From positions 1-57,117 of the forward strand of contig CAYTWO010000004.1 of the NCBI GenBank assembly GCA_964442125.1: a DNA stretch of 57,117 bases. The letters are read 5' to 3'. The notes beneath the pieces were generated by a model that worked only from the letters and a program-made list of their open reading frames with translations, did not search any database and was not told where the DNA came from. Below are positions 18,360 to 27,229 of this stretch, piece by piece; position 1 is the first letter of the stretch; each line of letters starts with the position of its first letter. The position numbers were made by a program, and so were the translations under genes. Origin of the DNA: an uncultured Gemmatimonadota bacterium. Its GTDB lineage: Bacteria > Gemmatimonadota > CAZMKB01 > CAZNLH01.

Positions 18360-18827
18360 ATGCGTGAAATAGTTCGTCTGACGACCTCCATGCTGGGAGT
18401 GGGTTATTTCCCCGTAGCTCCAGCGACAGCAGCTTCTGCCGTTATGGCACTCCTGATCTTCCTTATCGGACTGCCTTCCACGGTGGATTACCTGGTTATT
18501 CTTCCGGTCCTCTTTTTTGCCGGTGTTTATCTGTCGGGAGTAGCCGAACGGGAATGGGGTAAAGATTCGGGGAAAATAGTCATAGACGAAATAGTTGGAT
18601 TCCTCGTCTCGATCGCCTTTATCCGGTTCGACGGCAATGTTGGTCTGGGGGGCGGTCTTCTTCTCGCCTTTTTTCTCTTTCGATTTTACGATATAGTGAA
18701 GCCTTTCCCAGCTAACTGGGGTCAATCTTTATCTGGTGGATGGGGAGTCATGATAGACGACGTCTTTGCCGGTATATACGCGAACCTGACGCTCAGATTA
18801 TTTCAATGGCTCTTCTGGTCTTCCTGA
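18360..18827 (+). CDS. pgpA: Phosphatidylglycerophosphatase A
   Basis: 155 aa membrane protein. PgpA motifs VIDEIVG, FRFYDIVKPFP and MIDDVFAGIYA. Adjacent to pgsA. Confidence 0.85.
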   Translation: MREIVRLTTSMLGVGYFPVAPATAASAVMALLIFLIGLPSTVDYLVILPVLFFAGVYLSGVAEREWGKDSGKIVIDEIVGFLVSIAFIRFDGNVGLGGGLLLAFFLFRFYDIVKPFPANWGQSLSGGWGVMIDDVFAGIYANLTLRLFQWLFWSS

Positions 18828-18887
18828 TCGACAAGGTGAAGAGATTTCCGAATTACCTGATCACCTTAACCGGGGGAAAAGATATCG

Positions 18888-19376
18888 ATGCCAGGCGCTC
18901 TTTACCGGGAGCTCCAGAGTGAGATGAAGGCCTCGGGTCTGACACTGACTGTCGCGGAGTCGTGCACGGGTGGTCTCATTTCACACCGGATAACCGAGAT
19001 TCCCGGTGCTTCTAATTATTTCAAGCTGGGTGTGATCGCCTATTCGAATGAAGCTAAGATGGCATTACTCGGTGTTCGGAAGTCCACACTCGAACGGTTC
19101 GGTGCGGTCAGCGAGCATGTGGCAGGGGAAATGGCAAAAGGAGCGGTCGAAGTGGGAAGATCAAATTGTGCGATCAGCGTCACAGGTATTGCCGGACCTG
19201 AAGGTGGGAGCCTTGATAAACCAGTGGGGACCGTTTATGTAGGTCTTTACTGCTCTGATAAGCTGGTCTCTAAGATCGAGTGTTTCAGTTTCAAAGGGAC
19301 CCGAACCGAGATCAAGGAATTGACTGCATCATCGGCGGTCAGGTCTTTTATCGACTTTTTGTCTGCCGCGGAATGA
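18888..19376 (+). CDS. pncC: CinA C-terminal-domain protein / nicotinamide-nucleotide amidohydrolase PncC
   Basis: 162 aa. LTVAESCTGGLISHRITEIPGAS, SVTGIAGPEGG and GTVYVGL motifs. Confidence 0.85.
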   Translation: MPGALYRELQSEMKASGLTLTVAESCTGGLISHRITEIPGASNYFKLGVIAYSNEAKMALLGVRKSTLERFGAVSEHVAGEMAKGAVEVGRSNCAISVTGIAGPEGGSLDKPVGTVYVGLYCSDKLVSKIECFSFKGTRTEIKELTASSAVRSFIDFLSAAE

Positions 19377-19975
19377 GACTCTTCATCGCGATCAATCTCC
19401 CTGAGGGGATAAGAACGACGATTCACGAGCTCGTGGAGGAACTCCGGATTAGAAACGATCCCGTCCGCTGGATCACTCCATCTCACATACACCTGACATT
19501 GAAGTTCCTCGGAGAGGTTAATCCATCGCTCCTCGACCATGTGATCGGTGTCATCGAGGAAACGATCCCCAGCTATCCAACCTTTGAGCTGACACTCAGT
19601 GATTTTGGTGCTTTTCCCAATCTCCGACGACCACGAATCATCTGGTTAGGAACGAAAGCCCGAAATGCACCGACTGTCCTGGATTCTATCTATAGCGATC
19701 TTGAAGACGGGTTCGATCCCCTCGGTTTTGAGAGAGAGGGGAGACGGTTCAAACCACACCTGACTATTGGAAGGGTGAAAGGCGGACGGGGACGAGGCAG
19801 GTCAAGGTATTACTCAATGGAAGATCGATTTGTAGGTATCGAGGTCCAGGAGGATACTTTCAGGGTCAAATCCGTTGAGTTAATGGAGAGTATTCTCAGA
19901 CCCTCCGGTGCCGAGTATCACATCAAATCATCTGTCTCTCTTCAAAGAACAGACCTTCCTGGAACTCACAGATAA
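19373..19975 (+). CDS. thpR: RNA 2',3'-cyclic phosphodiesterase (ThpR/LigT, 2H family)
   Basis: Starts MRLFIAINLP at ATG 19373, a 4-nt overlap with the pncC stop. Two HxT motifs are present (HLTLKFLG, HLTIGR). Confidence 0.85.
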   Translation: MRLFIAINLPEGIRTTIHELVEELRIRNDPVRWITPSHIHLTLKFLGEVNPSLLDHVIGVIEETIPSYPTFELTLSDFGAFPNLRRPRIIWLGTKARNAPTVLDSIYSDLEDGFDPLGFEREGRRFKPHLTIGRVKGGRGRGRSRYYSMEDRFVGIEVQEDTFRVKSVELMESILRPSGAEYHIKSSVSLQRTDLPGTHR

Positions 19976-20117
19976 AAGCGAGTTGAACCGCAGGACCACT
20001 TGGAACAGGCCGACCGGCGAATCTACCCGATCAGCTGCAAAGAGGGAATTGTTTCTCACCTAGGAGCCTGTCCGAGTAATACTCTTGCATGATGTTACGA
20101 TGAATTGCAATCTGCCT

Positions 20118-20146
20118 TTGACAAGATCGAAATGGAATATTAAATT
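20118..20146 (+). promoter_or_regulatory. Sigma-70-like promoter candidate for the response-regulator gene
   Basis: TTGACA (20118-20123), 17-nt spacer, TAAATT (20141-20146), about 60 nt upstream of ATG 20205. Confidence 0.4.
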
Positions 20147-20204
20147 GTAAAATTTCGAGGCTTGTTATCTCTTTATCAAATGTCGCCGATTCAGGTGATC
20201 GACT

Positions 20205-21569
20205 ATGGCAAATGAGAACATCCTTGTCATCGATGACGAGCCCGGTATCCTGGAGAGCTTGAAGAAAATTCTCGAGTACGAAGGATATGGGGTCTTTCTG
20301 GCGGAGGATGGGGAGCAGGGGATTGAACTTTACCGACGGGTATCACCTGACCTGGTATTGCTGGATATCAAGATGCCGGGTATGAACGGAATGGAGGTCC
20401 TCAAGGAGATTCGATCGATCGATTCCAATGCATATGTGATAATGATATCGGGGCATGGTACCATTCAAACCGCCCTGGAAGCCATCAAAATCGGCGCGTA
20501 TTATTTCCTGGAAAAACCTCTGGACCAGGAACAGATACTCATCATGATCGGGAAAGCGCTTAACGAACGAGGTATATACCTGGAAAATATTGAGTTCAGG
20601 GAAAGCCAGGAGAGACGATATAAAATAATCGGAGAGAGTAAATCTCTTGAGGAGGTGCTTCAATCTGCAGGTAAGGTGGCTCCCTCCAATGCCAGAGTCC
20701 TGATCCGTGGAGAGAATGGAACCGGAAAGGAACTTCTCGCAAGATATATTCACAGGTACAGCAAACGGAGCCGGAAAAAATTCATCGAAGTCAACTGCGC
20801 AGCGATCCCGAGAGAACTCGTGGAGAGTGAGCTTTTTGGCCATGAAAAGGGATCCTTCACGGGAGCCTATTCGAAGAAGATAGGTAAGTTTCAGCGGGCC
20901 CATGGTGGGACTCTATTTTTAGATGAGATAGGTGATATGAGCATGGACACTCAGGCCAAGGTTCTCAAAGCCCTCGAAGACGGAAAGATCCAGAGGGTTG
21001 GGGGGCAGGAGGATATCCAGGTGGATGTCAGGGTGATTTCCGCAACCAATAAGGACCTGGAACACGAGATCGAGGAGGATAACTTTCGGGAAGACCTTTA
21101 TTACAGGCTGAACGTGGTGACGCTCAGGATCCCCCCGCTGAGGGAGAGAAAAGAGGACATTCTTCTGCTCGCCGAGCGGTTTCTGAGTGATTTTTTGATA
21201 GAGAACGGGATGAAACCCAAACGGTTTAACGAGGACGCCATCGATTATTTCAAGGGGCTCACCTGGCCCGGGAACATCAGGGAGCTGAAAAATACCGTTG
21301 AGCGTCTTGCAATTTTCTCTGCTTCGAACGAGATCGGATTGAAAGATGTAAAAGTCTATACAGAAGAAGCGAGGAGTGCAGGCGCAACCACGCTGTCCGG
21401 AGATATCAAGACATACAGTGATTTCAAGGAAAAGACTGAGAGTTCTTTCTTGAGGGAAAAGCTCGAGGAAAACGGCTGGAATGTCAGTGAAACCGCCAGA
21501 AAGCTGGGGATGCAGCGGAGCAATCTCTACAAAAAGATCGAGAAATATGGTCTCAGCAAGGAGGATTGA
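20205..21569 (+). CDS. Sigma-54-dependent response regulator (NtrC/NtrX family)
   Basis: 454 aa. REC domain (ILVIDDE ... LLDIKMPGMNG), AAA+ sigma-54 interaction domain (GENGTGKE, ESELFGHEKGSFTGA, LFLDEIG, RVISATN) and a C-terminal Fis-type HTH (ETARKLGMQRSNLYKKI). Confidence 0.93.
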   Translation: MANENILVIDDEPGILESLKKILEYEGYGVFLAEDGEQGIELYRRVSPDLVLLDIKMPGMNGMEVLKEIRSIDSNAYVIMISGHGTIQTALEAIKIGAYYFLEKPLDQEQILIMIGKALNERGIYLENIEFRESQERRYKIIGESKSLEEVLQSAGKVAPSNARVLIRGENGTGKELLARYIHRYSKRSRKKFIEVNCAAIPRELVESELFGHEKGSFTGAYSKKIGKFQRAHGGTLFLDEIGDMSMDTQAKVLKALEDGKIQRVGGQEDIQVDVRVISATNKDLEHEIEEDNFREDLYYRLNVVTLRIPPLRERKEDILLLAERFLSDFLIENGMKPKRFNEDAIDYFKGLTWPGNIRELKNTVERLAIFSASNEIGLKDVKVYTEEARSAGATTLSGDIKTYSDFKEKTESSFLREKLEENGWNVSETARKLGMQRSNLYKKIEKYGLSKED

Positions 21570-21648
21570 GGGTTAAGGTTAAACGGATTAAATCCTGTGG
21601 TTAATCGACCGAACCCTTCACGAGTCATCAACATTGAACGGAGGTAGC

Positions 21649-23043
21649 ATGACTGAGTATCAAGGAGAGAAAGACTATCATGGAACCGGGATCGATGAGG
21701 CTCAGGCGCCTCAAATCAACATGCAATTGCCGGGACCGAAGGCTAGAGCGCTTGTGGATCTTGACGTCCAGTACACCTCCCCCTCATATACCAGGATGTA
21801 CCCGCTTGTCGCGAAGAGGGGAAAAGGATCGGTGATAGAGGACATCGATGGGAACCTCTTCCTCGATTTCAACGCAGGAATAGCCTGCTGCTCAACGGGT
21901 CACTGTCATCCGAGGGTAGTGGATGCTATCTGTAAACAAGCATCTACTCTGATACATTATGCAGGGACAGACTTTTATTATGAGCCTCAGGCACATCTTG
22001 CAAGGAAGCTGAGTGAAATTGCTCCGAGTGATGAAGCACGAAAGGTCTTTTTTGGCAATACAGGGACAGAGGCGGTTGAAGGATCTCTCAAACTGGCAAG
22101 GTATCATACCGGTCGAAAGCGTTTCATTGCATTTCAGAGAGCCTTTCACGGAAGAACCATGGGTTCTCTCGCCCTGACCTGCAGCAAGACCACACAGAGA
22201 AAAAATTTCTTTCCAATGATGCCCGGGGTCACGCATGTGCCGTATGGCTACTGTTACAGGTGCGTGTATAAACTGACCTACCCTGAGTGTGATCTCTACT
22301 GTGTTTCTTATATCGAGGAGCAGGTTTTCCAGAGTATCACGGATCCGGAGGAAGTAGCCGCGATCGTCGTGGAACCAATTCAGGGTGAGGGGGGCTACGT
22401 CGCGCCACCGGATGACTATCACAAGGCGCTTAAAGCGCTGGCAGAGAAATATGGGATTCTTTTCATCGCAGATGAGGTCCAGTCCGGGATGGGGAGGACG
22501 GGCAGGATGTTCGCGATGGAACATTACGATGTCTCGGCCGATATAATTACTCTCGCCAAGGGAATCGGGTCAGGAATGGTTATCGGACCTATTCTGGCCA
22601 GGGAATCGATTATGACCTGGAAGCCTGGTTCTCACGGCAACACATTTGGTGGGAATCCTGTCTCCTGCGCTGCTGTCCTGGAGACGATAAGGTTGCTGGA
22701 GGAAGAGTTAATAGAGCGAGCGGCAACGGAAGGGGACTATTTCCTTTCGCAACTGAAGAAGCTGCAGGAAGAACACCAGCTTATTGGAGATGTTCGGGGG
22801 AAAGGGTTGATGATTGGTGTCGAATTGGTTCGTGATCGTGAGACCCGGGAAATGGCGACAAAGGAAACTGATGATGTGGTTCAGAGGTGTTTTCACAAGG
22901 GTATGCTCACTCTCCCTTGTGGTCCAAACGTTATCCGCTTTTCACCTCCGCTGGTTATCAGGAGGGAGCAGATTGACAGGGGTCTTTCAATCCTTGACGA
23001 GGCACTCTCAGAAGTGGAAAGCACTCTTGGAAGGAGGAGTTGA
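21649..23043 (+). CDS. Class-III PLP aminotransferase (4-aminobutyrate/acetylornithine aminotransferase-like)
   Basis: ATG at 21649 preceded by GGAGG. Motifs GNTGTEAVEGSLKLAR, DEVQSGMGRTG, TLAKGIGSG (PLP lysine) and THGNTFGGNP. Confidence 0.88.
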   Translation: MTEYQGEKDYHGTGIDEAQAPQINMQLPGPKARALVDLDVQYTSPSYTRMYPLVAKRGKGSVIEDIDGNLFLDFNAGIACCSTGHCHPRVVDAICKQASTLIHYAGTDFYYEPQAHLARKLSEIAPSDEARKVFFGNTGTEAVEGSLKLARYHTGRKRFIAFQRAFHGRTMGSLALTCSKTTQRKNFFPMMPGVTHVPYGYCYRCVYKLTYPECDLYCVSYIEEQVFQSITDPEEVAAIVVEPIQGEGGYVAPPDDYHKALKALAEKYGILFIADEVQSGMGRTGRMFAMEHYDVSADIITLAKGIGSGMVIGPILARESIMTWKPGSHGNTFGGNPVSCAAVLETIRLLEEELIERAATEGDYFLSQLKKLQEEHQLIGDVRGKGLMIGVELVRDRETREMATKETDDVVQRCFHKGMLTLPCGPNVIRFSPPLVIRREQIDRGLSILDEALSEVESTLGRRS

Positions 23044-23052
23044 AAAACCGAA

Positions 23053-23754
23053 ATGAGTACAGATAAGACAGGAGGCAGAGGTACGACAGGGGAAAAAGGA
23101 ATTCGGGGGTGGCTGAGGAAAGAAGGCAAAGAGTGGTTGAAATCAGGGATTTATGCCTTTATCCTGTTCCTCATCATTCGATCCTTTTTTATCCAGGCCT
23201 TCAAGATTCCCTCTGCTTCGATGGAGAAGACACTTCTTGTCGGGGATTTTCTCCTGGTCAACAAACTCGTCTATGGACCTGTAATTCCCCTCACTGATAT
23301 TCGTTTCCCATCGATAAGGGAACCCGAGAGAGGGGATATCGTGGTGTTTAAGTATCCACGCGACGAGAGCCTCGATTTCGTAAAGAGGTGTGTAGCAGTT
23401 GGCGGGGACACCGTTGAAATGAGAGATAAGGCGCTTTTTGTAAATGGTGTCAGGCAGGAAGAGGATTACATCCAGCATATCGACAGTCGAATCGAATCGA
23501 ACTTCCACAGGAATCCCGCATCGGGTGGGGAGCGTATTCGTTTCCCGCTTCCCAGAGACAACTTTGGTCCTATTGTCGTTCCCGAGAACAAATTTTTTGT
23601 TCTCGGGGACAATCGGGATAACAGCAGGGACAGTCGATTTTGGGGCTTCGTCGACCGGGAACTGATAAAAGGGACCCCGTTGATCATCTATTTTTCCTGG
23701 AACAAGGAATCGTTTGCACCACGCTTCAGCAGAATCGGGGACCTTATACAATGA
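23053..23754 (+). CDS. lepB: Signal peptidase I
   Basis: 233 aa with an N-terminal TM. Catalytic Ser box IPSASMEKTL, KRCVAVGGD (Lys box) and GDNRDNSRDSRFWGFV. Confidence 0.92.
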   Translation: MSTDKTGGRGTTGEKGIRGWLRKEGKEWLKSGIYAFILFLIIRSFFIQAFKIPSASMEKTLLVGDFLLVNKLVYGPVIPLTDIRFPSIREPERGDIVVFKYPRDESLDFVKRCVAVGGDTVEMRDKALFVNGVRQEEDYIQHIDSRIESNFHRNPASGGERIRFPLPRDNFGPIVVPENKFFVLGDNRDNSRDSRFWGFVDRELIKGTPLIIYFSWNKESFAPRFSRIGDLIQ

Positions 23755-23840
23755 TCCCGGGCGATTACTGGCAACGGAATAAAGGCTTTGGAGGAGGTGT
23801 TAGCAAAGTTATAGACGAACCGGTATAAGAAGGATATGAT

Positions 23841-23908
23841 TTTCAATCTGACCACTTGGCACGCAAGAGATGCGTGCAGTTCGAGTGAGAGAATCGCTCA
23901 ACTTAGGT
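23841..23908 (-). repeat. Left-half copy of the MITE-like element (reverse orientation) abutting the sigma gene 5' side
   Basis: The reverse complement reads ACCTAAGTTGAGCGATTCTCTCACTCGAACTGCACGCATCTCTTGCGTGCCAAGTGGTCAGATTGAAA. This matches 29694-29759, including the first bases of the 155-bp nested element. Confidence 0.75.
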
Positions 23909-23930
23909 CTGAATCGAGGTGATCTGTCTT

Positions 23931-24788
23931 ATGAGCTTAGAACGGAGAAATGATAGCGTATACAAAGATGGTTCTCTTGACCTTTATTTGAAAGAGATCA
24001 GCAGCTATCCTCTCCTGGAGAGAAACGAAGAAGCTGATCTGGCGGTACGGATCAGGCAGGGTGATCAACAGGCGCTGGAGAAACTTGCTCGTTCCAATCT
24101 TCGGTTTGTCGTCAGTGTGGCAAAAAAGTATATGAATCAAGGGGTTTCCCTCCTGGACCTGATCAATGAGGGGAATCTCGGGCTCCTGAGAGCCGCCTAT
24201 AAGTTTGATGAAACGAAGGGTACAAAATTTATCTCTTATGCTGTCTGGTGGATTCGTCAAGCCATTCTGCAGACTCTCGCAGAACAATCCAGGGTAGTCA
24301 GGGTCCCACTCAACAGAGCCGGGATCCTTTACAAAATCGGGAGGAAATCGAATTTTCTCATTCAGGAACTCGGAAGGGAGCCGACCGAAGAAGAGATAGC
24401 GGACGGCATGGATATAACCGTGAATGAAGTCAGAAGCACGATGCAGATATCTCGCGCCCACAGGTCATTGGACGCTCCAATTGTTCCGGGGGAAGATGGA
24501 AAGTTAATGGACTATCTTCCTGATACCTATCAGCCGTCGCCTGCCGAACTGGCATTTAAAAGAGCTCTGTCAGAAACCATCGAGGAATCGTTATCAACTC
24601 TCAAAGAACGAGAGGCCAGAATACTCCGGATGTATTATGGTCTGACCGATAAATCACCGATGACCCTCGAGGAGATAGGGAAGATCATGGGGATCACCCG
24701 AGAGAGGGTAAGGCAAATCAAAGAGAAAGCTATCGAGCGCTTGCGGCATATCTCGCGTGCCAGGGCCTTGAAATCCTTTGTGAACTGA
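23931..24788 (+). CDS. rpoD: RNA polymerase sigma factor, RpoD/sigma-70 family (short form lacking region 1.1)
   Basis: Region 2 (NLRFVVSVAKKY, LINEGNLGLLRAAYKFD, FISYAVWWIRQAI), region 3 (VVRVPLNR) and region 4 (LKEREARILRMYYGL ... TLEEIGKIMGITRERVRQIKEKA). ATG at 23931 follows GAGGTG; GTG at 23919 is an alternative. Whether it is the primary sigma factor is inferred only. Confidence 0.85.
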   Translation: MSLERRNDSVYKDGSLDLYLKEISSYPLLERNEEADLAVRIRQGDQQALEKLARSNLRFVVSVAKKYMNQGVSLLDLINEGNLGLLRAAYKFDETKGTKFISYAVWWIRQAILQTLAEQSRVVRVPLNRAGILYKIGRKSNFLIQELGREPTEEEIADGMDITVNEVRSTMQISRAHRSLDAPIVPGEDGKLMDYLPDTYQPSPAELAFKRALSETIEESLSTLKEREARILRMYYGLTDKSPMTLEEIGKIMGITRERVRQIKEKAIERLRHISRARALKSFVN

Positions 24789-24800
24789 TCTCCCACTCAC

Positions 24801-24862
24801 CTGACCACTAAGTTGAGCGATTCTGTCGCAAAGAGATGTGCAGATGTCTCGATGCGATAAGC
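24801..24862 (-). repeat. Right-half copy of the MITE-like element (reverse orientation) abutting the sigma gene 3' side
   Basis: CTGACCAC-TAAGTTGAGCGATTCTGTCGCAAAGAGATGTGCAGATGTCTCGATGCGATAAGC is the reverse complement of the element's right arm (compare 1421-1474). Confidence 0.7.
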
Positions 24863-24952
24863 TTCGTTTGCCAAAATACCTCCCAACGATTATTATTAGT
24901 AGTCGTGATATCATGTTTTGCTTCAATTTCATCCCTTTACGAGGTGAGAGAA

Positions 24953-26458
24953 TTGACCAGGCGAAAGATTCTCACGCTGTTTTTCTTTTCCTTTTTCCTC
25001 TTCCTATGCCTTTATCATCAGAACGCCGCTGGGCAGGAAACCAGTCAGACTGAGGAAAGCAGGTTCAAGATCCTCGAGGTGAAAAAAAGTTACTATAAGT
25101 TAGAAGAAGAGAAGGCCAGGTACACACGGGCAAGAGATTTGCTGGAGAAGGATCTGATCTCTCGAGAGGAATTCAACAAGATCGAAGCAGATTATAAGAC
25201 CGCGGAAATCAATTACTCCAGTGCTCTCCTCGATCTTCTTTATGATCAGCCCCATGTTATGGTTGAAAAAGCAATAAAGTATCAAAGTCCTGATGGGACG
25301 AGGAGAATAAAACTGACCCTGAAAAACACCTCTGGCGAAGCGTTTGATTTAGCCATGCTTCCGTTCCCGGAGGAAGATGACTTCTTCAAGGAATTGCAGT
25401 GGAGAAATCTCAACAATGTATTCGTATCTTTGAAACTCGGGGAGACGATCATCAGTCAGCCCTATGAAGCCCTGATTCCTGTTTTGCGTTACAATAGTCC
25501 AGAGACCCTCGATTTTGGGTTGTTGAGGGATGTCGATGAGGTCATAGTCTCTGTAAGTTTTGCTGATAGGATAGTAGAAAAGAAAGTATATCTTCAAAAA
25601 GACTCGAGTGCCAATATTGTTTCTGTCGTCTCCTCGAAATTTTCCCAGGAAGCAGACCTCGGTAAAACCGCCACCTATGACCTCAATCTCGAGAGGTTCA
25701 CCGCCGAAGACAACATCTTCAGGTTATGGATTGCGAACCTTCCACGTCAAATTAACTACGAGTTTATCGATCCTAAAACCAACGCAAAATTGACCCAGGT
25801 CAAGTTCACAGAGGGGGTTACGACCCAGGATCTTCTCCTGAAGTTGTACCTTTCGGAGAGGGCCGATAATGATGTGCAGATAGATACCCCGCTAAAATTT
25901 TATGTCCTGGTTGGTAATGAAGAGTATGGTGAAAACCTGGTCGAATCTGATAACGGGTTTGTCATCCAACCAGACCTCATCCAGGAAATGCAGATAGGAT
26001 GGGTACAGCTTGAATTGATCCCAAGAGGTGTCGGTGAGATTGAGGTCAAGGCTCTCAATCTTTACCACGAGATCGATTCGGGAGAGGTCGTGACGATGCG
26101 TATAGTCGTTCGAAATATTGGAACAAGGAGGCTCGATAATATTACTATCGACACCGATCTTCCTTACGACTGGAAATCATCGGTCTCACCGGACCTGATC
26201 GAGGCCCTCAATCCTGATAAAGAGAAAGAAATAGAAATTGTCTTCTATCCTCCAGATGAGCTCGGTATGGGTGATTACGAAGCCAAAATAAAAACCAACG
26301 CAATGGCTAACAACAGACCGGTGGAGACAGAAGACAAACGGGTGAGAATCCATATCAGATCGGAAACCAGTCTATTCGGGAACATTATTCTCGGTTTGTC
26401 GATAATAGGGATCCTTATCGCCATCGTTATCTTTGGCGTTAAGCTCAGCAGGAGGTGA
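24953..26458 (+). CDS. Hypothetical bitopic membrane/secreted protein with a C-terminal beta-sandwich (NEW3/CARDB-like) region
   Basis: The ORF is open from 24836, inside the repeat. TTG at 24953 lies 6 nt after GAGGTG and gives a clean signal-like N-terminus (MTRRKILTLFFFSFFLFLCLYHQNAAG). A coiled-coil segment follows, then VVTMRIVVRNIGTRRLDNITIDTDLPYDWKSSVSP..., then a C-terminal TM (LFGNIILGLSIIGILIAIVIFGV). The domain assignment is from memory only. Confidence 0.6.
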   Translation: MTRRKILTLFFFSFFLFLCLYHQNAAGQETSQTEESRFKILEVKKSYYKLEEEKARYTRARDLLEKDLISREEFNKIEADYKTAEINYSSALLDLLYDQPHVMVEKAIKYQSPDGTRRIKLTLKNTSGEAFDLAMLPFPEEDDFFKELQWRNLNNVFVSLKLGETIISQPYEALIPVLRYNSPETLDFGLLRDVDEVIVSVSFADRIVEKKVYLQKDSSANIVSVVSSKFSQEADLGKTATYDLNLERFTAEDNIFRLWIANLPRQINYEFIDPKTNAKLTQVKFTEGVTTQDLLLKLYLSERADNDVQIDTPLKFYVLVGNEEYGENLVESDNGFVIQPDLIQEMQIGWVQLELIPRGVGEIEVKALNLYHEIDSGEVVTMRIVVRNIGTRRLDNITIDTDLPYDWKSSVSPDLIEALNPDKEKEIEIVFYPPDELGMGDYEAKIKTNAMANNRPVETEDKRVRIHIRSETSLFGNIILGLSIIGILIAIVIFGVKLSRR

Positions 26459-27228
26459 TGATGGTGGGAGAAAAAGCAAAGGTGATGATCGAAGCATCGG
26501 GATTGACTAAAAGGTACGAAGATGGCCTGCTGGCGCTGGATCATCTCGATCTCGAAGTAAGGGAAGGGGAGATTTTCTGTCTCCTCGGGGCCAATGGGGC
26601 AGGAAAAACGACAGCCATCAATCTCTTACTGAATCTGATCGATCCAACTGAGGGAATTGCGCGGGTAAACGGCATAGATGTTGCTAAAAAACCACTGGAG
26701 GCAAAATGCTTTGTCTCCTTTGTCTCAGAGAGGGTTTCTCTCTATGAAAATTTTACTGCCATGCAAAACCTTCGCTATTTTGCGATGTTGGGCGGTGTAG
26801 ACAACTTGTCATGGGAAGATGGTAAGCAAATCTTTTCAAGGGTTGCCCTGGAGGAGACTGCTCTGGATCAGAGGGTAAGGAACTTTTCCAAGGGTATGGT
26901 TCAGAAACTTGGAATAGCTGTAGCGATGGTTAAAGATGCCCCTGTGATCCTCCTCGATGAACCTACGACTGGTCTGGACCCGAAGGCAGTCGCTGAATTG
27001 CTCAATCTGCTCAGAGAATTCAGAGAAAAGGGAAAAGCGGTATTTATGTCGACCCATGACATATTTCGAGCACGGGAAATAGCGGACCGTGTGGGAATCA
27101 TGAAAGAGGGGAAGCTGATAACGGTGATGGACATTGAAGATCTGGCCAGGGTGGACCTGGAAAAGATTTATCTCGAATATATGAAAGAAGGAGATCGGAT
27201 TTCTCATGCGGAAGTGAAGGAGAGTTAA
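26455..27228 (+). CDS. ABC transporter ATP-binding protein (ABC-2/CcmA-like), no cognate permease adjacent
   Basis: Walker A GANGAGKTT, signature FSKGMVQKLGIAVAM, Walker B ILLDEPTTGLD and H-loop STHD. The ATG overlaps the upstream stop by 4 nt and is preceded by AGGAGG. Confidence 0.9.
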   Translation: MMMVGEKAKVMIEASGLTKRYEDGLLALDHLDLEVREGEIFCLLGANGAGKTTAINLLLNLIDPTEGIARVNGIDVAKKPLEAKCFVSFVSERVSLYENFTAMQNLRYFAMLGGVDNLSWEDGKQIFSRVALEETALDQRVRNFSKGMVQKLGIAVAMVKDAPVILLDEPTTGLDPKAVAELLNLLREFREKGKAVFMSTHDIFRAREIADRVGIMKEGKLITVMDIEDLARVDLEKIYLEYMKEGDRISHAEVKES

Positions 27229-27229
27229 G

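Noticed and set aside
19978-20000. A possible additional copy of the 88-bp and 155-bp miniature elements lies downstream of thpR (GCGAGTTGAACCGCAGGACCACTTGG).
   Set aside because: Only about 20 nt resemble the element starts and no hairpin partners follow. The match is too short to distinguish from chance, so it is mentioned only as a weak remnant.
23857-23873. TGGCAC in the MITE fragment upstream of the sigma gene could be a sigma-54 -24/-12 promoter.
   Set aside because: The expected GC of the -12 element (TTGC) is displaced by 2 nt relative to TGGCAC-N5-TTGC, and no T-rich -12 context is present. This looks like a chance match created by a repeat variant.
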